A stretch of DNA of 50,099 bases. It comes from an uncultured Myxococcales bacterium (GTDB taxonomy: Bacteria; Myxococcota_A; UBA9160; UBA4427). Shown here piece by piece: positions 27,914 to 37,500 of this stretch. The translations under genes and the position numbers were made by a program. Positions within the stretch are counted from its first letter, which is position 1, and every line of letters starts with the position of its first letter. The stretch lies in NCBI GenBank assembly GCA_965371385.1, contig CBDUYG010000001.1:1-50099 (forward strand), written 5' to 3'. The notes beneath the pieces were generated by a model. The model was given only the letters and a program-made list of their open reading frames with translations, searched no databases and was not told the origin of the DNA.

Positions 27914-29317
27914 GTGTTTCGTGCCAGGAGCCACGGCAGCTTATCCGGGAGCACCAATCCCGGCAATTGCCGGGCGCGGCCGGACTGGGGGGTTCCGTTG
28001 CTCAACTGGGTATGGCTCGGCCTGATCCTGATCTCCGTTGTCTATGCAGCCTTCACCGGCCGCATGGAAGACGTGACGCTCGCCCTCTTCGACGGAGCGA
28101 AGTCGGCCATCACCCTCGTGATCGGGCTGGTGGGCGGGATGGTCTTCATGCTCGGGATCATGCAGGTCGCGTTCGATGCAGGCTTGCGCGATGCGATCGC
28201 CCGCGCCCTCGCCCCCCTGCTGCGCCGCCTCTTTCCCGACGTCCCCGCCGATCACCCCGCGATGGGCGCGATGGTGATGAACATGGCGTGCAACATCATG
28301 GGGCTCGGCAACGCCGCCACGCCCTTCGGCCTCAAGGCCATGGTCGAGCTCTCCAAGCTCAACCGCTTCTCGAACACCGCCTCGGACTCGATGGTGCTCT
28401 TTCTCGCCATCAACACCTCGGCCATCACCCTCTTCCCTCCGACCGGGACCATCTTCGTACGCGCCGCCGCGGGCTCCGCGCACCCGGAGGCGATCTGGGT
28501 CCCCACCCTGATCGCAACCACCTGCTCGACATTGGGGGCGGTCAGCGCCTACTTCCTGCTGCGGAAGCTTCCTATGTTCAAGCGCCGGCCCGAGCAGGAG
28601 GAGTTCGACAGCGAGGCGGCGCAGTCCGCAGAGCTGGAGTCGATCGAGGCGATGAAGATCCCTGAGGCCCGGACCGCGGAGCCCATGGGAATGGCGCGGG
28701 GAATCTTCGTCGCCGCAGTGGTGGCTGCCTCCTTCGCCGGGATGGCGCTCGAGATCCGGGACCTGGCCGGAGCGATCGGCGTGGGCGAGGCCGTGAAATC
28801 GGTCCTTCAGACGTGGACCTTCCCCTTCCTGATCGGCGGGCTGCTGCTTCTCGGAGTAGCGCGCCGCGTACCCGTCTATGAATCCATGGTCTCGGGCGCG
28901 AAAGAGGGGCTCGAAGTCTCGGCCCGCATCGTCCCCTACCTCGTCGCCATCCTCGCCGCGATCGCGATGTTTCGCGGCTCCGGCGCCCTCGATCTGGTGA
29001 TCGATCTGCTCGCCCCGATCACGAGTCCCCTCGGCGTCCCGCCCGAGGTGATGCCGATGGCGATCCTGCGGCCCTTCTCCGGCTCCGGAGCCTTCGGAAT
29101 CATGAGCGAGACGCTCGAGGCCTACGGGCCGGACTCCTTCATCGGACTCCTGACGAGCACGCTCCAGGGCTCCACCGAAACGACGTTCTACGTACTGGCC
29201 CTCTACCTCGGAGCTGCCCGGGTCAGCAATGGGCGTCAGACCCTGGCCGCTTGCCTGACCGGCGATCTCGCTGGGTTCGTCGGCGCCGTCGCGGCCTGCC
29301 ACGCCTTCTTCGGATGA
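27914..29317 (+). CDS. Fused SpmA-SpmB-like nucleoside-recognition (Gate) domain membrane protein
   Basis: 467 aa. LNWVWLGLILISVVYAAFTG is a typical SpmA start, so an alternative TTG start at 27998 is possible. Two polytopic halves are joined by a charged linker (KRRPEQEEFDSEAAQSAELES). The stop overlaps the amgK start as ATGA. Confidence 0.7.
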   Translation: MFRARSHGSLSGSTNPGNCRARPDWGVPLLNWVWLGLILISVVYAAFTGRMEDVTLALFDGAKSAITLVIGLVGGMVFMLGIMQVAFDAGLRDAIARALAPLLRRLFPDVPADHPAMGAMVMNMACNIMGLGNAATPFGLKAMVELSKLNRFSNTASDSMVLFLAINTSAITLFPPTGTIFVRAAAGSAHPEAIWVPTLIATTCSTLGAVSAYFLLRKLPMFKRRPEQEEFDSEAAQSAELESIEAMKIPEARTAEPMGMARGIFVAAVVAASFAGMALEIRDLAGAIGVGEAVKSVLQTWTFPFLIGGLLLLGVARRVPVYESMVSGAKEGLEVSARIVPYLVAILAAIAMFRGSGALDLVIDLLAPITSPLGVPPEVMPMAILRPFSGSGAFGIMSETLEAYGPDSFIGLLTSTLQGSTETTFYVLALYLGAARVSNGRQTLAACLTGDLAGFVGAVAACHAFFG

Positions 29318-30444
29318 GTGGGCCGGACCCAGGGGAAGGCGAGATCCTGGAGGCGCTGGTGCGGCGGGACCTCGGAGCCCGAATCGTCGGCAGAGAAGTC
29401 CTCGCCCCAGGTCTGGGCACCCGCCGGTTCCTTCGTCTGACGCTCGTCGCCGACACGGCGGAGAAGCGCAGAGTGGGCGAGAAGACTCCCGCCAGCGTGA
29501 TCGCCCGTATCGAGCCACGCGAGGCTCCGGAGTCCGCGCCCTTCGGAGTCGTCCCAGAGCCCGGCCTCGAGCCTCTGCGAAGCTTTCTGGAGGAGCACGC
29601 GATTCCGGTGCCAGCCCGCTACGGAGGCGATCTCGAGCGCGGTATCGAGCTCCTCGAGGATGCCGGTCCGGTCAGTCTCGAGAACGCCGCCGCCCAGGTA
29701 TCGCAGCCGGAGCGTATTGCCCTGTATCGGGAGGCGTGCGCCCTGGTCCCCAGGCTTCAGCGTCTGAGCGCCGATCCCGAGCGGATTCCCGCCTTCGGCC
29801 GCCGGCTCGACCGCGCTCTGATCGAGAGCAAGGCGCATAGGTGGATCCACTGGGCGCTCCCCAGCCTGCTCGCTCGGGACGCCTCGCCCGCGGAGGCCGA
29901 GACGGTGAAACGGGCGTTCGAGCTGATCGGCGACGCCTGTGAATCCGCTCCCGCGCGGCTCGCCCACCGCGACTACAAGGCCGCCAACATTCATCTTCGG
30001 CCGGGTGCGGAGGCGGGAGCCCGTCTGATCCTGATCGACCTCCAGGGCGCCTTCCTGGCCCCGCCCGAGTACGACCTCGTGTGCCTTCTGCGCGACTCTC
30101 ACGTCGCGCTCGCTGAGAACGAGGTCGATTCCCATCGCGATGCCACGAGGCAAGAGCTTCCCGATGCGCCCTCGGAGGAGGACTTCGATCGACGCTTCAC
30201 CCTATTGACACTGAGCCGGGTCGCGAAGGACTGCGCCCACTACATCCACGCTGCGACCGACCGAAACGATCGCCGCTATCTCCCCCTGCTGCCCACCGGG
30301 CTCGCAAACCTCGAGCGCGCGGCCGAGCACGCGGCTGGCTGGGATCCACGGCTCGCGAGGCTGCGGGATCTGCTGGCCGCCCTACCCTCCGGGCCGGCTG
30401 CACTCGAGGCCGTCGCCGGAGAGGATGACCGATGCGGGCCATGA
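29314..30444 (+). CDS. amgK: Aminoglycoside-phosphotransferase-fold kinase, AmgK-like (anomeric MurNAc/GlcNAc kinase)
   Basis: LAHRDYKAANIHL (HxDxxxxN) and LILIDLQGA...YDLVCLLRDS. Overlaps the following nucleotidyltransferase gene, the pairing seen for amgK-murU. Start taken at the ATG at 29314. Confidence 0.6.
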   Translation: MSGPDPGEGEILEALVRRDLGARIVGREVLAPGLGTRRFLRLTLVADTAEKRRVGEKTPASVIARIEPREAPESAPFGVVPEPGLEPLRSFLEEHAIPVPARYGGDLERGIELLEDAGPVSLENAAAQVSQPERIALYREACALVPRLQRLSADPERIPAFGRRLDRALIESKAHRWIHWALPSLLARDASPAEAETVKRAFELIGDACESAPARLAHRDYKAANIHLRPGAEAGARLILIDLQGAFLAPPEYDLVCLLRDSHVALAENEVDSHRDATRQELPDAPSEEDFDRRFTLLTLSRVAKDCAHYIHAATDRNDRRYLPLLPTGLANLERAAEHAAGWDPRLARLRDLLAALPSGPAALEAVAGEDDRCGP

Positions 30445-31355
30445 TTCTGGCGGCGGGCCTGGGAACCCGCCTGCGTCCCCTCACCGAGCTGCGGGCCAAG
30501 CCGGCGCTCCCCGTGCGCGGCATCCCCGTCATCGGCTACCTGCTCGAGCTGCTGGCCCGCCATGGCATCGACGAAGTGATCGTGAACCTCCACCACCTGC
30601 CCGAGACGATCCGCCAGGCGGTCGCCGACTTCACTCCCCGGGGCATGCGGGTCGAATTCAGCGAAGAGGAGGCGCCTCTCGGCACCGGAGGCGGGGTTCG
30701 CCGGGCAGCGGGGTTCCTGCGCGAAAGCGACCCGAGCCTGGTGCTCGCGGGTGACATGATCCTCGACCTCGACCTCGGGGCTCTGGTGGCGAGGCATCGC
30801 GATCGCCAGGATCTCACTACACTCGTACTGCGCCGGGATTCCCGGGCGGATCGCTTCGGAACGATCGGAATCGACGAGGAGCAGCGGGTGCGCCGAATTG
30901 CCGGGAGCTTCGATCTGGGCGGAGAATCGGACTGCGGGGTCTTCGTGGGAGTACGGGTGCTCGCCAGTCGGATCTTCGACTCCCTGCCCGAGCGCGATAG
31001 CTTCGAAGACCTGCGCGATTGGCTGGCTCCGGCTCTGGCGGCAGGGGAAGACCGGATCCGCGGCGACATCTTCACCCCTCAAACGTGTGTCTGGGAGCCC
31101 GTGGGCACTCCACGAGAGTACCTGGACGCGAATCTGGCGCCTCAGCCCCTGTCATTCATGGATCCGCAAGCTCTTGCGATCTCCCGGGGAACTCGCTTTG
31201 CTGATGCTGTGGTGATCGGATCCGGAGCGCGGGTCGACACCGGGGCGCGACTGACACGAGCCGTTGTCTGGGAAAACGAGCGGGTACCGGCTGAAATCGA
31301 AGCTTCGGATGGCGTCTTCGCCGGAGGGAAATTCCGCTCGTGTCTGGAAGAGTGA
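30432..31355 (+). CDS. murU: Sugar-1-phosphate nucleotidyltransferase, MurU-like
   Basis: MRAMILAAGLGTRLRPLTELRAKPALPV (GxGTRL motif). An alternative ATG at 30441 gives an ATGA overlap with the amgK stop. Confidence 0.65.
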   Translation: MRAMILAAGLGTRLRPLTELRAKPALPVRGIPVIGYLLELLARHGIDEVIVNLHHLPETIRQAVADFTPRGMRVEFSEEEAPLGTGGGVRRAAGFLRESDPSLVLAGDMILDLDLGALVARHRDRQDLTTLVLRRDSRADRFGTIGIDEEQRVRRIAGSFDLGGESDCGVFVGVRVLASRIFDSLPERDSFEDLRDWLAPALAAGEDRIRGDIFTPQTCVWEPVGTPREYLDANLAPQPLSFMDPQALAISRGTRFADAVVIGSGARVDTGARLTRAVVWENERVPAEIEASDGVFAGGKFRSCLEE

Positions 31356-31566
31356 GCGGTAGAGGCAGGGATGAGGTCGGGGATGGAAGTAGAGGACGGG
31401 GGCCGGGAGCCGCAGCGCGGGGCGGCGGCGCTCCGGAAGGTGGAAAGACCGATGGTCGACGTACTAGAGTGAGTAGTCGTGGTGGGTCGGGAGACGATAC
31501 GAGCCGGTCGCGAATCGTGCGCCGCTGGATCCAGATCCAGTCTCGTATCCCGATACGGAGGCCCAG

Positions 31567-32304
31567 GTGATCGAGCTTCACTTCATTGGAACCAGTGATG
31601 CCTTCGGAGCGGGGGGCCGCCGCCAGTCCGCCTTCCTGGCCCGGGATCCGCATGGCTCGATTCTCGTCGATTGCGGCGTCACCACCAATACGGGGCTCTG
31701 CGCCGAGGGTTTACACCGGGACGAGATCGACGCGATCCTGATCAGCCACTTCCACGCGGACCACTTCGGCGGCATCCCGCTGCTGCTGCTCGCGGCCCTC
31801 TATGAGGATCGGCGCACCCGCCCGATCGAAATCGCGGGTCCACCGGGAATCGAGACTCGGGTGACCGAGCTCGCAGAGGCCATGGGTCACTCGATCACGA
31901 GGCGCGACTGGACCTTCCCCATCGTCTTCACGGAGCTGCCCGCCGGCCTGGAAGTGTCTGTCGGCCCTGCGAACATCACCTCCTTCGAGACCCATCACAA
32001 CCCCGACGCCTGTCCCCACGGCCTGAAGATCGGCTTCGACAAAGCCCGGCTCGTCTACTCGGGAGACACGGGCTGGTTCGACGATCTGCCCTCGCACGTC
32101 CAGGGTGCGGATCTCTTCATCTGTGAGTGCACCTATTGCCATACGGGTTGGGAGTACCACCTCAGCCTCGAACAGCTCGATCAAATGAAATCGAGCTTCG
32201 ATTGCGAGCGTATGATCCTGACCCACCTCGGCTCCGAGATGAGCCGCCGCCGCAGCGACCTCGCCCTCGAGACCGCCGACGACGGGCTCGAGATCAAGAT
32301 CTAG
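31567..32304 (+). CDS. MBL-fold metallo-hydrolase
   Basis: 245 aa, GTG start. HxHxDH motif as SHFHADHFGG, with later conserved His/Asp residues (ETHHNP, YSGDTG, LTHL). Confidence 0.75.
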   Translation: MIELHFIGTSDAFGAGGRRQSAFLARDPHGSILVDCGVTTNTGLCAEGLHRDEIDAILISHFHADHFGGIPLLLLAALYEDRRTRPIEIAGPPGIETRVTELAEAMGHSITRRDWTFPIVFTELPAGLEVSVGPANITSFETHHNPDACPHGLKIGFDKARLVYSGDTGWFDDLPSHVQGADLFICECTYCHTGWEYHLSLEQLDQMKSSFDCERMILTHLGSEMSRRRSDLALETADDGLEIKI

Positions 32305-33466
32305 CAGCCGGAACGATCTCGCCCAGCACGGCAGCCCGGCTCGCACCCGTACAACGCGGTAGGTGGTTGGGGATTCCGAGCAGCGCGTTGCGACCCATCA
32401 AAGAGAATGCCATCGCCTCCGCAGCCTGGATCGGAACCCCCGCTGCGTCGAAGCGATCGAGCTGGACACCGGGAAGTGCAGCGCGCAGACCCGCGAGCAG
32501 GGTGGGATTGGCAGCTCCCCCTCCCCCGACCAGCAGACGCTCGAAGTCCTTCGCCGCCGGCTCCTCGGCGGGCAGGAGCTCCCGGCACGCGAGGACGACG
32601 CCCTGAACGGTGAAGGCCGTCAGCGTAGCCACCAGGTCGTCCAGGGATCGGCCTTCGGCTTCCGCCGCCCTCCACAGCGCGGCCGCCATTTCGCTCCCAT
32701 AGCGTTCCCTTCCAGTCGACTTTGGTGGAGGGCGACGCAGATAGTCGTCATCGAGGAGGCGTTCCAGCAGACCCTCGTCCACCTGCCCACGCGCGCCGCG
32801 GATGCCATCGCGATCCATTCGCTCGCTTCCCTCGGTCGCCAGGCCGATCACGCTGTCGAGGATCGAATTGGCGGGCCCGACGTCGAAGGCGACGACGTCA
32901 TCCGGATCGCCGCTGCGCGGGAGCCAGGTGAGATTCGCGATGCCACCCAGGTTGAGCGCGACGCGATCTTCTTCACTGGAGCCGAACGCCGCGTGATGAA
33001 AGAAGGGAGCGAGCGGAGCGCCCTCCCCTCCGAGCGCCATGTCGCGCCGGCGAAAGTCCGCGACGGTCGTGACACCGGTTCGTTCGGCGATGATCGACGG
33101 ATCGCCGATCTGCAGGGTCGCGTGGTGCTCGGGATGGTGGGCGACCGTCTGGCCATGAGAGGCGATCGCATCCACGTCGGCGAGCGAGACCCCAGCATCA
33201 TCCGCGGCGCCGCGAGCTGCCTCGGCGAAACGCTCCCCGAGCAGGACGTCGAGGGAAGCGAGCTCTTCCAGAGCCCGGGCTCCGGGAACCTCGCCCGCCG
33301 CGAGCCCGTGAATACGACCCTGAAGCTCCGGCGGCATCGCGCGCTCGTGCAAGGCGAGAAGACGAAAGGGGCGGGCTTCGGCCGTGTCCGGCCACTCCAC
33401 GAGGGCCGCATCGATCGAATCCGCAGACGTGCCCGACATCAGGCCGATGACCAACATGCGCTGCAT
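32294..33466 (-). CDS. anmK: Anhydro-N-acetylmuramic acid kinase
   Basis: 390 aa. VIGLMSGTSADSIDAALV, LQIGD..., GGGAANPTL. The 3' end overlaps the MBL gene 3' end by 11 nt (convergent). Confidence 0.9.
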   Translation of the reverse strand: MQRMLVIGLMSGTSADSIDAALVEWPDTAEARPFRLLALHERAMPPELQGRIHGLAAGEVPGARALEELASLDVLLGERFAEAARGAADDAGVSLADVDAIASHGQTVAHHPEHHATLQIGDPSIIAERTGVTTVADFRRRDMALGGEGAPLAPFFHHAAFGSSEEDRVALNLGGIANLTWLPRSGDPDDVVAFDVGPANSILDSVIGLATEGSERMDRDGIRGARGQVDEGLLERLLDDDYLRRPPPKSTGRERYGSEMAAALWRAAEAEGRSLDDLVATLTAFTVQGVVLACRELLPAEEPAAKDFERLLVGGGGAANPTLLAGLRAALPGVQLDRFDAAGVPIQAAEAMAFSLMGRNALLGIPNHLPRCTGASRAAVLGEIVPAARS

Positions 33467-33618
33467 GGTAGCGGCGCTTCTCGTTCTCAGCGTATATCCG
33501 GGCGATGCGCGGCCCGTTCAGCTCGTTCGGCTCGTTCAGCCCCTTCGACCGCTTCGATCCGAACGCGTGCGCTATCCTCTTGATCGCCGAAAAGGTCTCG
33601 ACTCGGGAGACGTCGTCC

Positions 33619-34404
33619 ATGACGGCGCCTCGGGTGGATCTCGATCTGGATCGGGGCCGCAACCAGGACGGTTCGCGCAGGCAGCGCGAGACAGCGAGGA
33701 GATTCGAAGGTTTGTCCGATCCCTCGCCAACCAACAGCCTCGATTCGCGGGAGGTGCAGAGCGTACTCGAGCGCCTCCACTCCGAGGCCGGCAGACAACG
33801 CGCTGAATTCATCCCTATCGCTCTGCACTGGGGACTCGACGCCCTGCTCCGCCGCAAGCCCACCGTCGAGGAAGAGGCCCGCCGCTTCAAGGATCTCTAC
33901 ATCCCGCTCAGCCCCGAGACCGGTCGCTTTGCCTATCTCGTGGCCCGCTCCTTGAAAGCGAAGCGAATCGTCGAGTTCGGCACCTCGTTCGGAATCTCGA
34001 CCCTCTACCTGGCCGCGGCGGTGAAGGACAACGGGGGCGGCCTGGTGATCGGCTCCGAGATGGAGCCCGGCAAGGTGGTCCAGGCCCGCGCGAACATCGA
34101 GGCCGCCGGCCTATCGAAGTACGTCGAAATTCGCGAAGGCGACGCCCAGGAAACGCTGCGCGATCCGGGGGGTGAAGTCGACATGGTGCTCCTCGATGGT
34201 TGGAAGGACCTCTACGTGCCGATCCTGGAGATCCTGACCCCCCATGTTCGCCAGGGGGGCGTCGTTCTTGGAGACAATATCAAGACGTTTCCGAAGGCTC
34301 TCGCGCCCTATGTGGCTCGGGTTCAGGGGGGCCGGCACGGATTCAGATCGGTGACGCTGCCTCTGGGACAGGGGACGGAGTACTCGGTTCGGCTCGACGA
34401 GTAG
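33619..34404 (+). CDS. Class I SAM-dependent O-methyltransferase (family 3 like)
   Basis: IVEFGTSFGISTLYLAAAV...GSEMEP...IREGDAQETL...VDMVLLDGWKDLY. ATG at 33619; the tracked ORF starts at 33505. Confidence 0.7.
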   Translation: MTAPRVDLDLDRGRNQDGSRRQRETARRFEGLSDPSPTNSLDSREVQSVLERLHSEAGRQRAEFIPIALHWGLDALLRRKPTVEEEARRFKDLYIPLSPETGRFAYLVARSLKAKRIVEFGTSFGISTLYLAAAVKDNGGGLVIGSEMEPGKVVQARANIEAAGLSKYVEIREGDAQETLRDPGGEVDMVLLDGWKDLYVPILEILTPHVRQGGVVLGDNIKTFPKALAPYVARVQGGRHGFRSVTLPLGQGTEYSVRLDE

Positions 34405-34554
34405 GGGCTGCGCCGGCGGGGCAATCGGGATCGTGGGCGCGACCCGGCATCGTCCGGCCATCCCCGGGAAGGACCTGGAAAGCCTCGAAGACATCCGCGA
34501 CACGAGTAACCGCGGCCCCGATGTGAGAGCCCGCTATCTTGTCGGCGAGCCTCC

Positions 34555-37500
34555 ATGATGGAATTCCCGATGCGCGCACCCTCCGCGAACGCCACTGGAT
34601 ACGAAGAGCGCCTTCTTGCAGCGCTTCGCACGCCGATCGCAGCGTTCTGCTTGATCGCCATGCTCGGCCTGCCCGGAGCGGGTCGCGCAGGAGGAGGCCC
34701 ATCGAAGGAGCAAGCGACCGCGGCCGGCCCCTCGGCCGATATGGTCGGCCTGATCGAAGCACTTCCCTTGGATCCATTTTCGAGTGCGGCAGCGGCGAGC
34801 GCGGGGTGGACGGTCTTTGCACCCGGCGAGCTGATCGTGCGACTCCATGCAAGGGCGGGCAGCCAGGCCCACCACGCACTCGCAGACGGGTTTTCTCCCG
34901 CGCTACCGGGCGACCCCGCAGCAGCCCAGCTCGACGAAATGCTCCGTCAGCACAAGGCGAAGGGAATGCGCCGCATTTTCAAGCGCTACGAGAGCGCCGA
35001 CGGAAGGCAGATCGACACCGCACGCGCGCACCTTCAGCGAATTCGCAAAGCTCGCCGGACCCAGAACACGCGGCGCCTCCCCCCGTTGCCTGCGGACACG
35101 CCGGATCTCGAGAACTTCTTTCTCGTCGAGATGGCGGGGCTGGAGACGGCCGACGAGATGGACACGGTGATGGCGGAGCTGCGGAGCAACGATCTCGTAG
35201 CGGGCGTGCAGCCAAACTACCTCCACCGGCTCTTGATCGAGCCTCTACCGGACGTGAGCACCCTTCCCAATGATCCCTACGTGAGCATCGATGGCACGAG
35301 CTGGTCGCAGGGCAGCTTCGGAAACGCTTTTCCAGACCTCTATGGAGTCCGCAACCTGCACGTCCTCGAGGCATGGAGCCTCATGGACGCGAACGGCAAC
35401 GGAGTATTCGACGGCGGAGAGACCGCTCCGGGTCAGGGCGTGGTCGTTGCCGTGATCGATACCGGCCTGGATTCGGCGCACCCGGACATGGCGGGAGGCA
35501 TCTTCATCAACCCGGGAGAGATCCCGGGTGATGGAATCGACAACGACGCCAACGGGCTGGTGGATGACGTGAGTGGCTGGGACTTCGTCGACCGCGATCC
35601 CATTCCGGAGGATCGCAATGGTCACGGGACCCACGTATCCGGCACGATTGCGGCGGGGGCGAACAACGCCGAAGGGATCGTCGGCATCGCGCCATTCGCA
35701 CGAATCCTGCCGCTCAAGGCACTCAATGACCAGGGTGTCGGTTCGTCCGCGGCACTCGCCCTTGCCGTTCATTACGCAGCAGCCGTCGGTGCCCACATTA
35801 CCTCGAACTCCTGGGGTGGCGTGCTCCTCGATCCGCTGGTCGCGGCCGCGTTCGACAGCGCCGAAGCCAGTGGTGTGCTCTCCTTCGCAGCCGCCGGCAA
35901 CAGCGGTCAACCCTATATGCTCATGCCCGCCCTCTATCGAAGCGTCGTAGCCGTCGCCGCCGTCGACGCCGGCGATGTGCTGGCATCGTTCTCGAATTGG
36001 GGCGCGGGGCTCGATCTCTGCGCCCCCGGTGTGAACGTACTCTCACTCTCGGCGAACGATCACGACAACCGATTGGCCGAGATCAGCGGACGCACCGTGG
36101 GAGATCGCTACCTCTGGCTGAACGGCACGAGCATGGCGACGCCGCATACGAGCGGGGTGGCCGCTCTGATGATGAGTCTCCATCCCGACGAATCGGCCGC
36201 GGAGACCCTCGGCCGCCTGGTGCAATCGGCCATCTCGATCGAGTCACTGAATCCCGGACTAGAGGACGGCCTGGGCGCCGGCCGGGTGGATGCACTCACG
36301 AGCGCCACCGCAGTGCGAGCCCCGCTGTTGAAGCCGATCGCCATTCGCACGGGCGCGGTCGTCGCAGGTGAATTGGCCATCGTCGACGTGGAGGTGCAGA
36401 ACCTGTGGGCGTCCGCCACCGGCGTACACGCTTCGCTCGAGAGCGCTGACCCCGGCGTGAGCATCGTCGATGGCGAGCGCGACTATGGCGATCTGGCGAC
36501 CGGAGCGAGTGCTTCGAGAAGATTCGAAATCGAGATAGCACCGGAGGTCGAGTTCGGGAACGAACTCGACCTGATCCTGACCATCACCGCCCACGATGCT
36601 CCCACGCATGTGCACGAGTTCTCCGTGCGAGGCAGCTTCTTCGAGAACCAGGACTATCTCGCCAAGCTCGAGCCCGTCCCGCTCGTCGTCGTGGGTGCAA
36701 GCTTTGGCGACTTCGACGGCGACGAACTGCTGGACATGGGCGTCGGCGCTGCCTTCGCGAAGACCCAGCTCTACCGACAGCAGCTCGATGGAACCTTCGA
36801 GAAGCACCAGCCCAAGGGCTCTGGCTTCCTGCGCTCTCCGATCTTCGCCGACATGAACAACGACGGCCTCCTCGACATGTTGGCGATCGGACCCTCCAGC
36901 TATCGCGGTGCGGCCCTTGCCATCAACGTCGGAGGGGGGCGGTTCGAGGTTCTGCCGGATTCGAGCGGCTTCAGGTTCCCCCAGTACCGTCGAATCACGG
37001 GTTTTACGCCGATCGATCTCGACGCCGATGGCGACCTCGATGTGGTGGCTGGAGTCTACAGCCTCTTCCGCGACGACCAGGGCGTCCTCCGCAACATCGT
37101 GGTTCTGCGCAACAACGGAGATCTCACTTTTTCGGATGCCTGGGCGGCGACCGGGATGGGGAGGCTGATGGGCAGTCACCAGTTCATGACCCTCGACTGG
37201 GATGGTGACGGCTTCCAGGACCTACTCGGTCTGCATCGATACGCGAACCGCGTGGCGATTCATCGGAACGACGGGAAGGGAGGGTTCGAAGACGTGACCC
37301 GGATTGCCTTTCCGAAGGGGTCCCTCACGTGCAACGACTGGTGGAAGGGAGTTTGCGACTTCTTCGAGTCGGCGGCCGCCGGAGACTACGACAACGACGG
37401 CGACGTGGATCTTCTGCTGATCCACCAGCAGAACGTCTCCTCGGAGGACCAGCCCGTTGCCATGCTTCTCGCCAACGACGGGACAGGCGCCTACTCGGAC

